A DNA stretch of 64,000 nt from a virus (lineage: Duplodnaviria; Caudoviricetes): positions 64,001-128,000 of IMG/VR virus record IMGVR_UViG_3300032319_000936. One strand, 5' to 3'. Positions 26,254 through 36,394 of the stretch are shown one piece after another; position 1 is the first letter of the stretch; every line of letters begins with the position of its first letter. The position numbers and the translations under genes were made by a program. A model generated the notes under the pieces. It saw nothing but the letters and a program-made list of their open reading frames with translations, was not told where the DNA came from and made no database searches.

Positions 26254-26550
26254 TTAGTTCAAGAAAGCTTTTATTTTTTCATCATATAGTGAGATTTCCT
26301 TAACTCCAGCTATTCTTTCCATCTCCAGCCCGTCCTTGAAAAGGATAACCGTTGGTATAGATCTTATACCAAGTTCTTTTGTTAATTCGGGATTTTCGTC
26401 AACGTTCACTTTATGAATGCCAGCTTTACCCTCGTACTTCTCTTGCAATTCTGAAATGACTGGTGTTAAAGTCCTACAGGGCGAACACCACTCCGCCCAA
26501 AAATCTACCAGGTGAACTCCTTCACCTATTTTTTCTTTTAAATTTTCCAT
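26254..26550 (-). CDS. trxA: thioredoxin
   Basis: DFWAEWCSPC, IRSIPT. Confidence 0.92.
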   Translation of the reverse strand: MENLKEKIGEGVHLVDFWAEWCSPCRTLTPVISELQEKYEGKAGIHKVNVDENPELTKELGIRSIPTVILFKDGLEMERIAGVKEISLYDEKIKAFLN

Positions 26551-26562
26551 TGTTCTTATTTA

Positions 26563-26880
26563 TTAATATTGGAATCTCTGAACCTGGTCAATAGGATTCA
26601 GGTTAAGTTCTTTTTCCGGACTCATGATAACAGATATGCCGTCGGATAAGTCCATTTGTCCCTGCATAAAATCTTTCACATCATCTCTTAGATCCTTGCT
26701 GATACTTAGATCGGTCATACAGTCGTCTACGATAGTATCGTAATTTTGTTCAAAATCTGAGTCGTCTTTAAAATCAAATTCTGATTCGTTATTAGCCATC
26801 CACTCTTTAATCCTTTTTTGGATATCATCGGAAAGACTCATTTCCTCTAGAAAATCTTCGAATAATAGTATGTTTTTCAT
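26563..26880 (-). CDS. putative virion/head protein
   Basis: MKNILLFEDFLEE tag. Confidence 0.6.
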   Translation of the reverse strand: MKNILLFEDFLEEMSLSDDIQKRIKEWMANNESEFDFKDDSDFEQNYDTIVDDCMTDLSISKDLRDDVKDFMQGQMDLSDGISVIMSPEKELNLNPIDQVQRFQY

Positions 26881-28364
26881 TTCTTGTTCTTTTTTGATTC
26901 TTTGAAAAGAATTCCAGCGTGTGGCTCACCTTTAGATTCACCAGGGGAGTATTCATCTCTTGGCTCTTTGGTTGCTAGGAAAGCCTTATGTGGATTAACT
27001 ATAAGTCCTAGTCTTCTCATAAATGCTCTATTGACAAGAAATGGTGTGCTTTTCTCTGTTCTGTCTACTGGAGATACCCTTACGTTTTTAACTCTAACAG
27101 AGTTAAATTCTATATCTAGATGTATAATGGGTCTTTTATCGATATCAGATCCAACCTCCGCCATGCTGTATCCCATAATATCAGAGGTAAACTCTTTGCT
27201 GCCTATAGACCAAATTAATTTACCGCCTTTTTTTTCTATTTTATCTGCGTGTATAGTACAAGACTTTGCTCCATTACCTGTGTCGAATTTAGCAATCATC
27301 TCGCCTATTCCTGGTATCTTAATGTTCTCCAGGTACCCAACCTCTAGATTAGAGAATGTCCAATTTGATTTCTTAGTGACATATTCTATAACGTCATTAA
27401 CAATAGGCTTATCTATGGCCTTAGAAATACCTTCAGTTCCAGGGGAAGCATTAACTTCCAAAATATAAGGTTTCCCTGTTTTGCTATCGATCATGATATC
27501 AACACCACACCAGTGACAGCCAACTGCAGTAGCAGCTTTAATCGCCATTTCAGTAAGGTCGTCGTCTATCTCATATTTAGAAACTGATCCACCTAGAGAA
27601 TAGTTGGTTCTAAAATCCCCTTTAACTGCAGATCTTTTCATAACCCCTAGAATAACAGCATTATCGTCCTCGGGATCCAAAGCATTAAGCTTTTTAACAA
27701 GTACCTGTATTCTTAAATCGAAATCTGAATCAATTTTCTCTTGTAATAGGATCTCACTAGTTGGGTTTAATTTCTTGATTGTCTGGTAAACCGACTTAAG
27801 TGATGAATATGAATCAACCAAAGAAACCCCTATCCCTTGAGATCCGGAAAGCAATTTCATAACAATCGGGAATTTACCACCAACCGATTCTAGAGCAGCG
27901 TCCAAAGATTTCTCATCTGGAACCAGTGCAAACTTAGGAACTGGGAGATCCTGTGATTCCATTATTTCACAGGTGGTGAATTTATTCTCACAAGCTAATA
28001 TTGAATCTAGTGTGTTCACGCAGAAGTATCTAGCATCTTCCAATGCTTTCATAACTGAAATAGTATGTGAGTTATTAATAACTCCCCTTCTTGGTATGAT
28101 GGCTGTTGTATTTGGATCTATAGAAACTTTAACATTGTTAGCTATGTCCTCAATTACGTGTCCATTATAGACCTTTTTGATTCTAGCATTATTAACATTT
28201 ATAACATGACATTCTATATCCCTATCGGAGCATACCTTCATAAATTGCTTTGATGTCTTGCTTGGCTTCGCTGTGCCTGATAATATAACAACCTTAACTG
28301 GGCTGTTACTGGCTGACTCGTTTAAGAAGTTGCCAAACCTAAGGATTCTCTCGGTGATAAGCAT
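26877..28364 (-). CDS. rimK: RimK-family ATP-grasp ligase fused to RimK-associated aspartic-protease-like domain
   Basis: GSQGIGV, FRTNYSLGG, GVDIM, LEVNASPG; C-terminal AKFDTGN. Confidence 0.85.
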   Translation of the reverse strand: MLITERILRFGNFLNESASNSPVKVVILSGTAKPSKTSKQFMKVCSDRDIECHVINVNNARIKKVYNGHVIEDIANNVKVSIDPNTTAIIPRRGVINNSHTISVMKALEDARYFCVNTLDSILACENKFTTCEIMESQDLPVPKFALVPDEKSLDAALESVGGKFPIVMKLLSGSQGIGVSLVDSYSSLKSVYQTIKKLNPTSEILLQEKIDSDFDLRIQVLVKKLNALDPEDDNAVILGVMKRSAVKGDFRTNYSLGGSVSKYEIDDDLTEMAIKAATAVGCHWCGVDIMIDSKTGKPYILEVNASPGTEGISKAIDKPIVNDVIEYVTKKSNWTFSNLEVGYLENIKIPGIGEMIAKFDTGNGAKSCTIHADKIEKKGGKLIWSIGSKEFTSDIMGYSMAEVGSDIDKRPIIHLDIEFNSVRVKNVRVSPVDRTEKSTPFLVNRAFMRRLGLIVNPHKAFLATKEPRDEYSPGESKGEPHAGILFKESKKNKK

Positions 28365-28379
28365 TCAGAATTTTTTCTT

Positions 28380-28679
28380 TTATATATCAGCGCTGGGTAT
28401 GATATCCTTTTCAATTAAAATCTTAATAGTGAGAACGTCAATAAGTGACTCTATCTGGTCGATCGTTTCGTCCTGCATTCCTTCTAGTATAAAAAGATCG
28501 AGTATCTCATAAAGCTTCTGAACTTTTTTTCCGTCGTTTATTTTGTCTGTTTTAACAAAGACTTCTTTGTTTGAAAATATGGTGAAGTACTCACTGGTCA
28601 CAGTGTCCTTATAGAGCTGCAAGTCCTCTGCAGACATTTCAAAATCTATCTCCTCTTCAAATCCCATTTTTTCTTTCAT
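28380..28679 (-). CDS. hypothetical protein
   Basis: 99-aa ORF. Confidence 0.6.
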   Translation of the reverse strand: MKEKMGFEEEIDFEMSAEDLQLYKDTVTSEYFTIFSNKEVFVKTDKINDGKKVQKLYEILDLFILEGMQDETIDQIESLIDVLTIKILIEKDIIPSADI

Positions 28680-28848
28680 TTTCTATTTCCTCCTCGATAT
28701 ATCTAATCATTTGAAGGGATTCTGTGCTTCCCATTAAGCAGTCACTTTTGCCGACTACGTATTTTAAAAATTCACGATCGTCGTTAATCTCCTTTCGTAT
28801 CTCCATTAATCTATCGAGTTCAGGAAGATATCTTTTACTGAATCCCAT
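28657..28848 (-). CDS. hypothetical protein
   Basis: 63-aa ORF abutting the polymerase gene. Confidence 0.55.
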   Translation of the reverse strand: MGFSKRYLPELDRLMEIRKEINDDREFLKYVVGKSDCLMGSTESLQMIRYIEEEIENERKNGI

Positions 28849-28849
28849 A

Positions 28850-30526
28850 TTAAAAAAGAGGATTTATCATGAATAGGTTTGGACTTATAGGATTGTGTCC
28901 CATAGCTTCAATGAACCTGTTGATTGGGTCCAAAATCGTCTTGGTGAATTGCTGATCGTAATCGATCTGCGGCGCAAATTCATATGGGAAATTACCTTGA
29001 ACGAATGCAAACACGTTATTTTCAGCTGCAGATTTGGTTTTAACAAAGAAGAAATTAACTTTATCCGAACTTCTAATCATAGCATACTTGTCCTTAAATT
29101 TTGAATTATTCAGTAGATAGTTATGGTATGCACTTGCTCTAACGTGGATAGGACATCCCTTTCCAACTTCCAGAGCTGAGACATCATTCAAAACGAACTT
29201 CTCGTAGTTGTTAATCTGTATAGCTGCAGAGATATTCTGAGACTCCTGAGCTTTAAAGTCTTTCTTAATAGATTTAAGCTCTTGTACAAATTCCTTGATG
29301 CTGAACTTCTTACCTTTAGAGAAGATAAACTTTGTAAGATAGCTTAGTTTCTCCCTAACGAAAGGAGGTGTTCCACCCTTGATCATTTCAACACCGGTTA
29401 TCTTTAAATGGGAAAGAGGCTCCATATGGACTCCGTCTTCATACACAAGATTAGTAACGTACTTTTTCTTACCTAGGAATATACCATTTATAGCAAGTGT
29501 CTCTAACTCGAAATCCTGTTTATTTTCAGTACCCCATTTCTTTGAATAAATCTCGAAGCAGTTTTTTAGGTATCCCTTAAATCTTTTCTCGTTTATCTGT
29601 AGGATAAGCTCTTTCGGATCTCCCTGCCAGTCACAGGAGTTTACAACCTCTTCAAAAGCTACGTAATTGGAATTGTGAACCAATATATTATTAGCAAAGA
29701 ATGTCTGATTATCATATCCCTCTTCGTCTATTTCGAGATCGTATACATATTCACTATCGAATTCTCCTATCTGATCGCAAGATTTTATTCTTTCAAATTC
29801 GTATTTGTAACCTATTTCTTTATGTATTATATCGAGGTCTATGGACAAAATCCGATCCGTCTTGACATTTATTTCAGAAGGCTTTATATGGATCTTTTTA
29901 GAATCTCTAAATACTGTTATCGAATGATCATTCGTTACTATAACCTCTTTACCTGAATCTGTAACTATTCTCCACCTGGGTTTACTTACCTTGTGTCTAA
30001 TTATTCTTTTAATACCGGAGAATGTCACATCCTTCTTGTAATTCAATGCTGAAATCCCATATGGCTCGATAATTTCATTTCCCCTTTCGTCTACATTTAC
30101 ATCATAGGTCTTTGAGTACAATCTAAAAAGATCACCAAATTCAATTTCTTCTATATTATCTCCAGATTTCAATATTATTTTGGATGCTTGATCACAGCTG
30201 TCAGTGTCAGAATAAATTACGAGGGGCTTATGGACCTTTTTAACTTGGGTTATTCCTAATTGCTCATGAAGCTCGGTATCTAGATGCCAATGTTCTTGAA
30301 AATATCTATTTACAATCTTCTCAGAGAACTTAATCATATCCTGACCCTGTAAAGTAACGGCCTCAGCAACTTCAGTATTAAAGCAAACGAAGAAAGTATT
30401 GGCTAGAGCTCCGTAGATTGAATTCATCGTTAGCTTAACAGCCTGCTCCTCGTTCTTTAACTCGTTCTTTAAAGACGTAAGTTCCGTTATCTTATTCTCT
30501 ATCTCTTTGATTTCCGTCTCTGTCAT
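28850..30526 (-). CDS. polB: DNA polymerase family B, C-terminal half (motifs B and C, thumb), with mini-intein
   Basis: KLTMNSIYG, YSDTD|SNY, KKKY. Confidence 0.92.
   Translation of the reverse strand: MTETEIKEIENKITELTSLKNELKNEEQAVKLTMNSIYGALANTFFVCFNTEVAEAVTLQGQDMIKFSEKIVNRYFQEHWHLDTELHEQLGITQVKKVHKPLVIYSDTDSCDQASKIILKSGDNIEEIEFGDLFRLYSKTYDVNVDERGNEIIEPYGISALNYKKDVTFSGIKRIIRHKVSKPRWRIVTDSGKEVIVTNDHSITVFRDSKKIHIKPSEINVKTDRILSIDLDIIHKEIGYKYEFERIKSCDQIGEFDSEYVYDLEIDEEGYDNQTFFANNILVHNSNYVAFEEVVNSCDWQGDPKELILQINEKRFKGYLKNCFEIYSKKWGTENKQDFELETLAINGIFLGKKKYVTNLVYEDGVHMEPLSHLKITGVEMIKGGTPPFVREKLSYLTKFIFSKGKKFSIKEFVQELKSIKKDFKAQESQNISAAIQINNYEKFVLNDVSALEVGKGCPIHVRASAYHNYLLNNSKFKDKYAMIRSSDKVNFFFVKTKSAAENNVFAFVQGNFPYEFAPQIDYDQQFTKTILDPINRFIEAMGHNPISPNLFMINPLF
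29672..30199 (-). mobile_element. cis mini-intein (176 aa) in polB motif C
   Basis: SCDQASKI start, VTNDHS block B, VYDLEI...ILVHN followed by Ser+1; no endonuclease. Confidence 0.9.
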
Positions 30527-30533
30527 TTGTTTT

Positions 30534-31316
30534 TTATTTAATTACAATACCAATTGCAATAGACGTGCTACTCTGCTGTGAAAATAAAACTAATCTGTTT
30601 TCATGAACATAGCAATCACAAGTTTCGGATTCCATATATGAAAGTTGTGTTTTGTAGATCTGTGAAGTAGCAACGTCACTATCAACTCTTATCTCTTCTG
30701 GCGAGATGCTGATTTTGTAATTAAAAGACTCTCCTTTAGCTCTAACCTCTTTGCTACTCACATCAAAATAAAGAAGTTCTTCCGCATTGCTCTCTAATCC
30801 GCATAATGAAACTATCGATGAAAAATCAGATTGGTAAATCTTAAATTGGGCAATAGTGTCTTCCTTAGAGTGAACCATATCCAAAATATTATCATCAACA
30901 TAAGATAGGAGGGATAAATCAGCGCATTTAACTCTGATGTGTAGGGATTTAGAGGTCAGAAGCACATCTGTAGCTACGAGGTTTCCCTCTAGAACCTCGG
31001 TCGAGATCTCCATGAAAACATCCTCCTCCGGTCTGAAATGCTTGAAGCAGTCCATAAATTTACCAACATCGATCAATCCGATTTTAACTCTTTCTTCCTG
31101 ACTTTTACCCTTAAGAATGTCCTTCCATGATACCTCACCTTCGAAAACTTCACCGAAGGCTAAGGAAGCAAATTTCATAACAGCTTTATCTGGGGTGTGA
31201 ACCTTACAGAAAAAGTTATCTGATGTTAGTTCTAGAAGCACGCTTCTATCTACTGTTTTCAACCTCTTAAGAAAGTTAATAAGATTGTTTGTACTTGTGA
31301 TTCTTAGTTTTATCAT
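30534..31316 (-). CDS. putative sliding clamp (gp45/PCNA-like)
   Basis: 260 aa, beta-rich pattern, directly upstream of polB; function inferred from size and context. Confidence 0.5.
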   Translation of the reverse strand: MIKLRITSTNNLINFLKRLKTVDRSVLLELTSDNFFCKVHTPDKAVMKFASLAFGEVFEGEVSWKDILKGKSQEERVKIGLIDVGKFMDCFKHFRPEEDVFMEISTEVLEGNLVATDVLLTSKSLHIRVKCADLSLLSYVDDNILDMVHSKEDTIAQFKIYQSDFSSIVSLCGLESNAEELLYFDVSSKEVRAKGESFNYKISISPEEIRVDSDVATSQIYKTQLSYMESETCDCYVHENRLVLFSQQSSTSIAIGIVIK

Positions 31317-31346
31317 TTTTTCCTTTTATAATTTTAGATGTTTAGT

Positions 31347-32744
31347 TTAAATGTTTTCGTCTAATTCCTGATCTTCCCCTTCTTTTTCTTCTGGCTCTTC
31401 TTCTGGCTGGAATATTTCTATTCCATCAATCTCAGTGGGCTCGAATAATGAGTTAGTCCGGATTAGAGGTTTAGTTATCTTTTTTAAAATCTTCTTTGCC
31501 TCTTTGTATTTTGTCTCCTGTTCTTTAACAGCTTTCTTATTCTCCGATATTGCCTTCCTGATACGGTCAATCTCACTCTTAGTCTCCTCTATGCTTTCCA
31601 CACTTAGTTTAACTGCTTCTATTCTCTGTAGCCTCGATGTTATTTTTGAATTATACACTGACAAGAACTGGGAGATCTCCGAGTTGCTTCTTTTCTTCTG
31701 TATCATGAAATTTAGAAACTTTAATTTAGCTTCTAGAAATTCTAGATCAGCTGAAAGATCCAGCGCATCTTTTTTCAGTCTTTTTAATCTTACCTCTTCC
31801 AGATGAGCCTTAAATTGATCCAGATATTCCTTTACGGATCCATACTCAACTACTCCACCATCTTTAACTAAAACGACATCCTCCTTGATTATAATCTTTG
31901 TAATCTTTGAAATATTATCGGAAACGTATTTAAATCTATCGTCGTCAATTCCTCTGAATGTAATTGTAAGATCACACTTAATCTGTGATTTATTTTCTAT
32001 GCGATATTCGCATCCTAGTAAATCAAGCTTTGATTCAAGTCTCACCATAAAGCTATCGTATCTGATAGCTGGTGGAAGATCGAATATTCTCATCGATCTC
32101 TTAGTGGCATTCACCTCAAGACCGGACTCTATTAACCACGTGTTCTCTTCATTATTATACTTGGTTACTTTACCTGAAAAATCACGGAAATGCGGCTTCA
32201 ATAATTTAGGCTGGCCGGAAAGATATTCAGCCACATCCTCCATTTTTCTAGGTAGTATATTAGTTCTATAACCAACTGCAATACCAACCATGTGAGTCAT
32301 AAGACCTATTGGCATTTCCACATGGATCCAATCGTGTGATCCCTCCTCGTTGGCATCGTTAAGATCGGAGTGCTTTTCTATTAGCTCTTTTATCTTATTA
32401 TTAATTCTAACAGAGGTGTACCTAGGAGCTGATGGAGAAGGGTTAACGGGGGAACCAAAAAAACCGTCTCCTTCCAATATCTGGAAAGAACAACCGAATG
32501 GTCTTGCTAGTTTGGATATTGCTCCAGATAGTGAGCTGTCACTATGGTGGTAATGTCCGGTTTTAATAACCTCCCCTACTAGTCCAACAGTTTTATTGTA
32601 TCTGGAAGGGGAGTTTTCTAAGATTAATCTCTGTACCGGAGTTAGAAAATCATAGAAATTTGGAATACCCCTACTCTGCAGAACATATAGAGCATAATCT
32701 CTATATTGGGTATTGATCTGATCTGTGATGCTTAATTTATTCAA
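31347..32744 (-). CDS. type IIA DNA topoisomerase, GyrA/gp52-like subunit
   Basis: YHHSDSS, GDGFFGS, SAPRYT catalytic Tyr, GIAVGY. Confidence 0.92.
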   Translation of the reverse strand: MNKLSITDQINTQYRDYALYVLQSRGIPNFYDFLTPVQRLILENSPSRYNKTVGLVGEVIKTGHYHHSDSSLSGAISKLARPFGCSFQILEGDGFFGSPVNPSPSAPRYTSVRINNKIKELIEKHSDLNDANEEGSHDWIHVEMPIGLMTHMVGIAVGYRTNILPRKMEDVAEYLSGQPKLLKPHFRDFSGKVTKYNNEENTWLIESGLEVNATKRSMRIFDLPPAIRYDSFMVRLESKLDLLGCEYRIENKSQIKCDLTITFRGIDDDRFKYVSDNISKITKIIIKEDVVLVKDGGVVEYGSVKEYLDQFKAHLEEVRLKRLKKDALDLSADLEFLEAKLKFLNFMIQKKRSNSEISQFLSVYNSKITSRLQRIEAVKLSVESIEETKSEIDRIRKAISENKKAVKEQETKYKEAKKILKKITKPLIRTNSLFEPTEIDGIEIFQPEEEPEEKEGEDQELDENI

Positions 32745-32789
32745 CTTCTATAGTTTAGAAGTTCTATTGAAAAAAAGAAGCTAAGTTCC

Positions 32790-34352
32790 TTATCTACCGA
32801 ATTTTTTAAGGTATTTCATACCATTCTGGCTGAAAGATTCGTTAACTTTTTCAGATTTTTTATTTCCTCCAGCTTCCTGAGTGCTCTTCTTTTCCTCTTT
32901 CCTTTCCTCCTTTCTCTCCCTTCTCTCTTCTCTTTTAGATTTAACTCCATTATTTTCTGCTAGGATATAAGGAAGAGTTGCTGAAGGATTTGATTTAGCT
33001 GCTGCTAGTATCTTATCGAATGATGTTGCGTTCTTTATGACCTGATCTCCCGATGTCGTAGCATCCAATCCGTTTGCATTTCTTCCTTCGGGTAGAGCAG
33101 GAGTTATACAGAGATCAATTCTTCCTTTTTCAGCATCCCCGGGAGAGAATGTGTTGGTCCTTTTAGCCTCAGTTGCACTTCCTTCCAATCCATATTTATG
33201 AAAATTAGAGTTTCCGTCTTGCTGTAAAATAGATGAACCGAAATATTTACTTTTCGTGTCCGTATCTTTTATTATAAATTTATAAACACCCGGGTCTAAA
33301 ATATAAGATCCCTGCTGAACTATTAGTTTTGTGAATCCTATTTTAATGAAATAGTCGTACCAGTCTTTAACTCTAAATGCTGGTGACGGAGTTGTACTTC
33401 CCAAAAATGTGTCAATATCACCATCGATTTTAAACAATATAAAAAAGTCAGTAAAGTCATTCGGATAAGAATTCTTTATATCTAAAGAGGATCTAAGAGC
33501 AACTAAGTGATTTTCTCTTTCCCTTATTAGTTCAGTATCAACCCCTATATCCTCCAAAAATCTAAGTGCGGATTTTCTATTTTTTCCTATTGAGTCAAGT
33601 ATATCCTTATATTCTTTTGATCCAACAAAAGATGGTTTACCTATATTATAGTAGTTTGGCTGGGTTAAATTGCTCGTGGCCTTACTAAGATCGGGATTTT
33701 CAGTCTTGAGGGTCTCCGTTTTTTTGTTTTGGAATGAATTCTGGTTGGAAGCATCTATACCGCCATTTAAAGACGAGCTGGAAAAAGCTGCAAGTCCTGA
33801 TGGGCTACTAGTCGGTATCGTTTCCACTGGTCTTTCTTCTGCGGTCCCGAAGAAATAATTTTTAATCTGTTGTCTATCGTCAGCACTAAGATCACTCTTG
33901 GAGCTACCGAATACCGTCGAATCCGATGCGGTAGGGTCTTTAAAACCTCTTCTTGCATACTCAGCAGCATTAGCAACAATATCACCTAGATTACCTAATT
34001 TATCGCTCGAATTCGAGCTGTGAGCGCCTGAAGGTCCAGGTGGAGTTGCAATTGTGGCCCCACCTTTAGAATAAGATACATTAGTATCTTCCTTTGGTGC
34101 TGCTTTGACGCCATCTTTTTTGACTACTTCGACGCCATCGGATGAGAAATCAAGGGTAGCGCCGTTTAGCGTAACGTCGGTAATTGTTATTCCGTCACCA
34201 ATTTTTATTCCTCCTTTTCCTAGTTGTTTTTTAATTTCTTCAGAAGCTTTAGCTTCCTCGTCGCTAAGTACCTGAGCTGGTCCACTCTCGTTTATAGCTA
34301 TAGTACTGAATGAGAATTTATTAAAATCCATCCAGTTTTTTACTTTACTCAT
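32790..34352 (-). CDS. putative virion protein
   Basis: 520 aa; INES/VNES cleavage-like motifs at both ends. Confidence 0.6.
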   Translation of the reverse strand: MSKVKNWMDFNKFSFSTIAINESGPAQVLSDEEAKASEEIKKQLGKGGIKIGDGITITDVTLNGATLDFSSDGVEVVKKDGVKAAPKEDTNVSYSKGGATIATPPGPSGAHSSNSSDKLGNLGDIVANAAEYARRGFKDPTASDSTVFGSSKSDLSADDRQQIKNYFFGTAEERPVETIPTSSPSGLAAFSSSSLNGGIDASNQNSFQNKKTETLKTENPDLSKATSNLTQPNYYNIGKPSFVGSKEYKDILDSIGKNRKSALRFLEDIGVDTELIRERENHLVALRSSLDIKNSYPNDFTDFFILFKIDGDIDTFLGSTTPSPAFRVKDWYDYFIKIGFTKLIVQQGSYILDPGVYKFIIKDTDTKSKYFGSSILQQDGNSNFHKYGLEGSATEAKRTNTFSPGDAEKGRIDLCITPALPEGRNANGLDATTSGDQVIKNATSFDKILAAAKSNPSATLPYILAENNGVKSKREERRERKEERKEEKKSTQEAGGNKKSEKVNESFSQNGMKYLKKFGR

Positions 34353-34710
34353 TTTGGTTCTCTTTTTTATCTTTTTCTATAATGTATGTATCTCTAGAGT
34401 TTAGATAAAAAATAAGGGAATTCGCCAGTACAGAAAAAAGACTTGCCAGCAGTCCGCAAAGGAAAAAACTTAATATCGGGATATCTGAGTACCTAATATT
34501 ATCTTGATTGATAGAGATTAACCCAAAATAAGAAAGCAATGAAAATAGAAAGCCGCTCCAAAATCCAAAGCACTGAATGCAGCTAAGTAGTTTCCCTATA
34601 TAGGGGTATTTTACTAGAAAGTAATTTCTAACAGGAGCTACTATATAGGAGGTTACCACTAAGTAGCAAAATGAAAATGAGATGAATAGAAAAAGAATAA
34701 GATCCATCAT
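34345..34710 (-). CDS. DUF1360-like membrane protein
   Basis: LLSCIQCFGFW with flanking TM helices. Confidence 0.65.
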   Translation of the reverse strand: MMDLILFLFISFSFCYLVVTSYIVAPVRNYFLVKYPYIGKLLSCIQCFGFWSGFLFSLLSYFGLISINQDNIRYSDIPILSFFLCGLLASLFSVLANSLIFYLNSRDTYIIEKDKKENQNE

Positions 34711-35759
34711 ATAGAGAGTGCTTTATCCAATTCTTCCAACTTTAATCTCTGCTCGTCGGATATGAACTGTGGTACCTTAATGCTAACCTTAACGAGGATA
34801 TCCCCGTTTATAAATCCATTAAATTCCGGAATACCTTTACCCTGTAGTCTAAATATTTTACCAGGACTGGTTCCCCCTGGAACCTTGATCTTATATTCAC
34901 CGCCTTTCAGGTTTGGTATATTTATATCTGTCCCTAAGCAAGCTTCCTTATAGCTTATGGATTCCTCACATATTAGATTTATGCCGTCCCTCTTAAAATA
35001 TCGATGTGATACCTCATTCACATTCACAACAAGATCACCAGGGTTACAAGGTGATTTTGCATGGTCGCCCTTTCCAGATACAACAAAACTCATACCACCA
35101 ACGCTACCTCTTGGCATAGCTATGTCTATCTCGTCCAATATCCTTTCTGTACCTGTTCCGTTGCAGTGCTTACACGGATCCGTACTTTTAGATCCTGACC
35201 CCTGACATGTGTTACAGAAAGATTCATGACTGACTATACCAAATGCAGTATTTACGGTCTGTCTTATCTTACCTGAACCGTGGCAATCTTTACAGTTTTC
35301 AAGCTTACCTGAAGAGGATCCTGTTCCAGAGCAATACGAGCATCCCTCCTTTCGCCAGACAGCTACTCTCTTAGTAGCACCACTTAATATTTCATCAAGC
35401 GTGACCTCCATTGATACATTGACATTTCTACCCTTATTAATTAAAGGATCCTGTGAGAAGCCACCCTGTCTTCCGCCAAAAAAACTATAGAAATCGTTTC
35501 CTTGGAATGCATTAGATCCTTGGAATGGATTCCATCCCTGACTCCTGAAGGGATCTGGGTTGTCGTATTTTCTTTTCTTATCCGGATCCGAGAGTGTTTC
35601 GTATGCATCACTCACTTCCCTGAATTTTCTTTCCGATTCTTTATCTCCGTTATTTTTATCAGGATGATACTTAATAGCTAGCTTTCTATAAGCTTTCTTA
35701 ATGTCCTCGGGCGACGCATTTCTGTCAATACCAAGTATTGAGTAGTGATCATTTGCCAT
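34707..35759 (-). CDS. dnaJ: chaperone DnaJ
   Basis: HPD J-domain, four CxxCxGxG repeats. Confidence 0.95.
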   Translation of the reverse strand: MANDHYSILGIDRNASPEDIKKAYRKLAIKYHPDKNNGDKESERKFREVSDAYETLSDPDKKRKYDNPDPFRSQGWNPFQGSNAFQGNDFYSFFGGRQGGFSQDPLINKGRNVNVSMEVTLDEILSGATKRVAVWRKEGCSYCSGTGSSSGKLENCKDCHGSGKIRQTVNTAFGIVSHESFCNTCQGSGSKSTDPCKHCNGTGTERILDEIDIAMPRGSVGGMSFVVSGKGDHAKSPCNPGDLVVNVNEVSHRYFKRDGINLICEESISYKEACLGTDINIPNLKGGEYKIKVPGGTSPGKIFRLQGKGIPEFNGFINGDILVKVSIKVPQFISDEQRLKLEELDKALSI

Positions 35760-35766
35760 AATTTTT

Positions 35767-36096
35767 TTACTTGAATATGTCTATAATTTTCTTAGGCTCA
35801 AAATCATCTAATGTAGACTTTTCTTTCCATTCTTTCTTGAAATTTCTACCCAGCTTTTGTATTTCTGCACAGATCTCGTAATCCTCGTGCGATTCCCAAT
35901 ATTGGATCATCTTTTGAGTAAATGAATCTATTTGGTCCTCCGTTCTAAACACGTAGTTCAGCTCCTCAGTAGGATTTCTAAGAGCGCTTAAAAAAAGATC
36001 CTGCACAGCTCTATCTATATGCTTTCTGAGTATACTAAACTGTGGATGTGGTCCTTCCGAACCAAATCCCTTAGAGGGGTAGAAGCTTTTAGACAT
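35767..36096 (-). CDS. small protein with UVR-like EDYEIC motif
   Basis: YWESHEDYEICAEIQK. Confidence 0.6.
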   Translation of the reverse strand: MSKSFYPSKGFGSEGPHPQFSILRKHIDRAVQDLFLSALRNPTEELNYVFRTEDQIDSFTQKMIQYWESHEDYEICAEIQKLGRNFKKEWKEKSTLDDFEPKKIIDIFK

Positions 36097-36100
36097 GAGA

Positions 36101-36391
36101 TTATATATTTTTGGATTTCTTAAGGTTTGCTAATATGACATCCCAAACTTCCCCTCTAGAATATAAATCTTCTATGAAGCTACCGTCTGGATTCTTATAT
36201 TTTGAAATCTCATTCTCAGTTTCTTCCTGACCGAACTCATCCTTTAGGTAATCTATTCTGATTTGTACCTCTAGGTCGTTGTCTCGTGTGTACTTGATAC
36301 CATTTACAACACCTTCATTTTCGGAAACTTTGAAATCAAATTCTTCCATTGCTTTCCGCATCATCCATTCTTTTATCTCTTCCTCTTTCAT
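36101..36391 (-). CDS. hypothetical protein
   Basis: 96-aa ORF. Confidence 0.6.
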   Translation of the reverse strand: MKEEEIKEWMMRKAMEEFDFKVSENEGVVNGIKYTRDNDLEVQIRIDYLKDEFGQEETENEISKYKNPDGSFIEDLYSRGEVWDVILANLKKSKNI

Positions 36392-36394
36392 TTA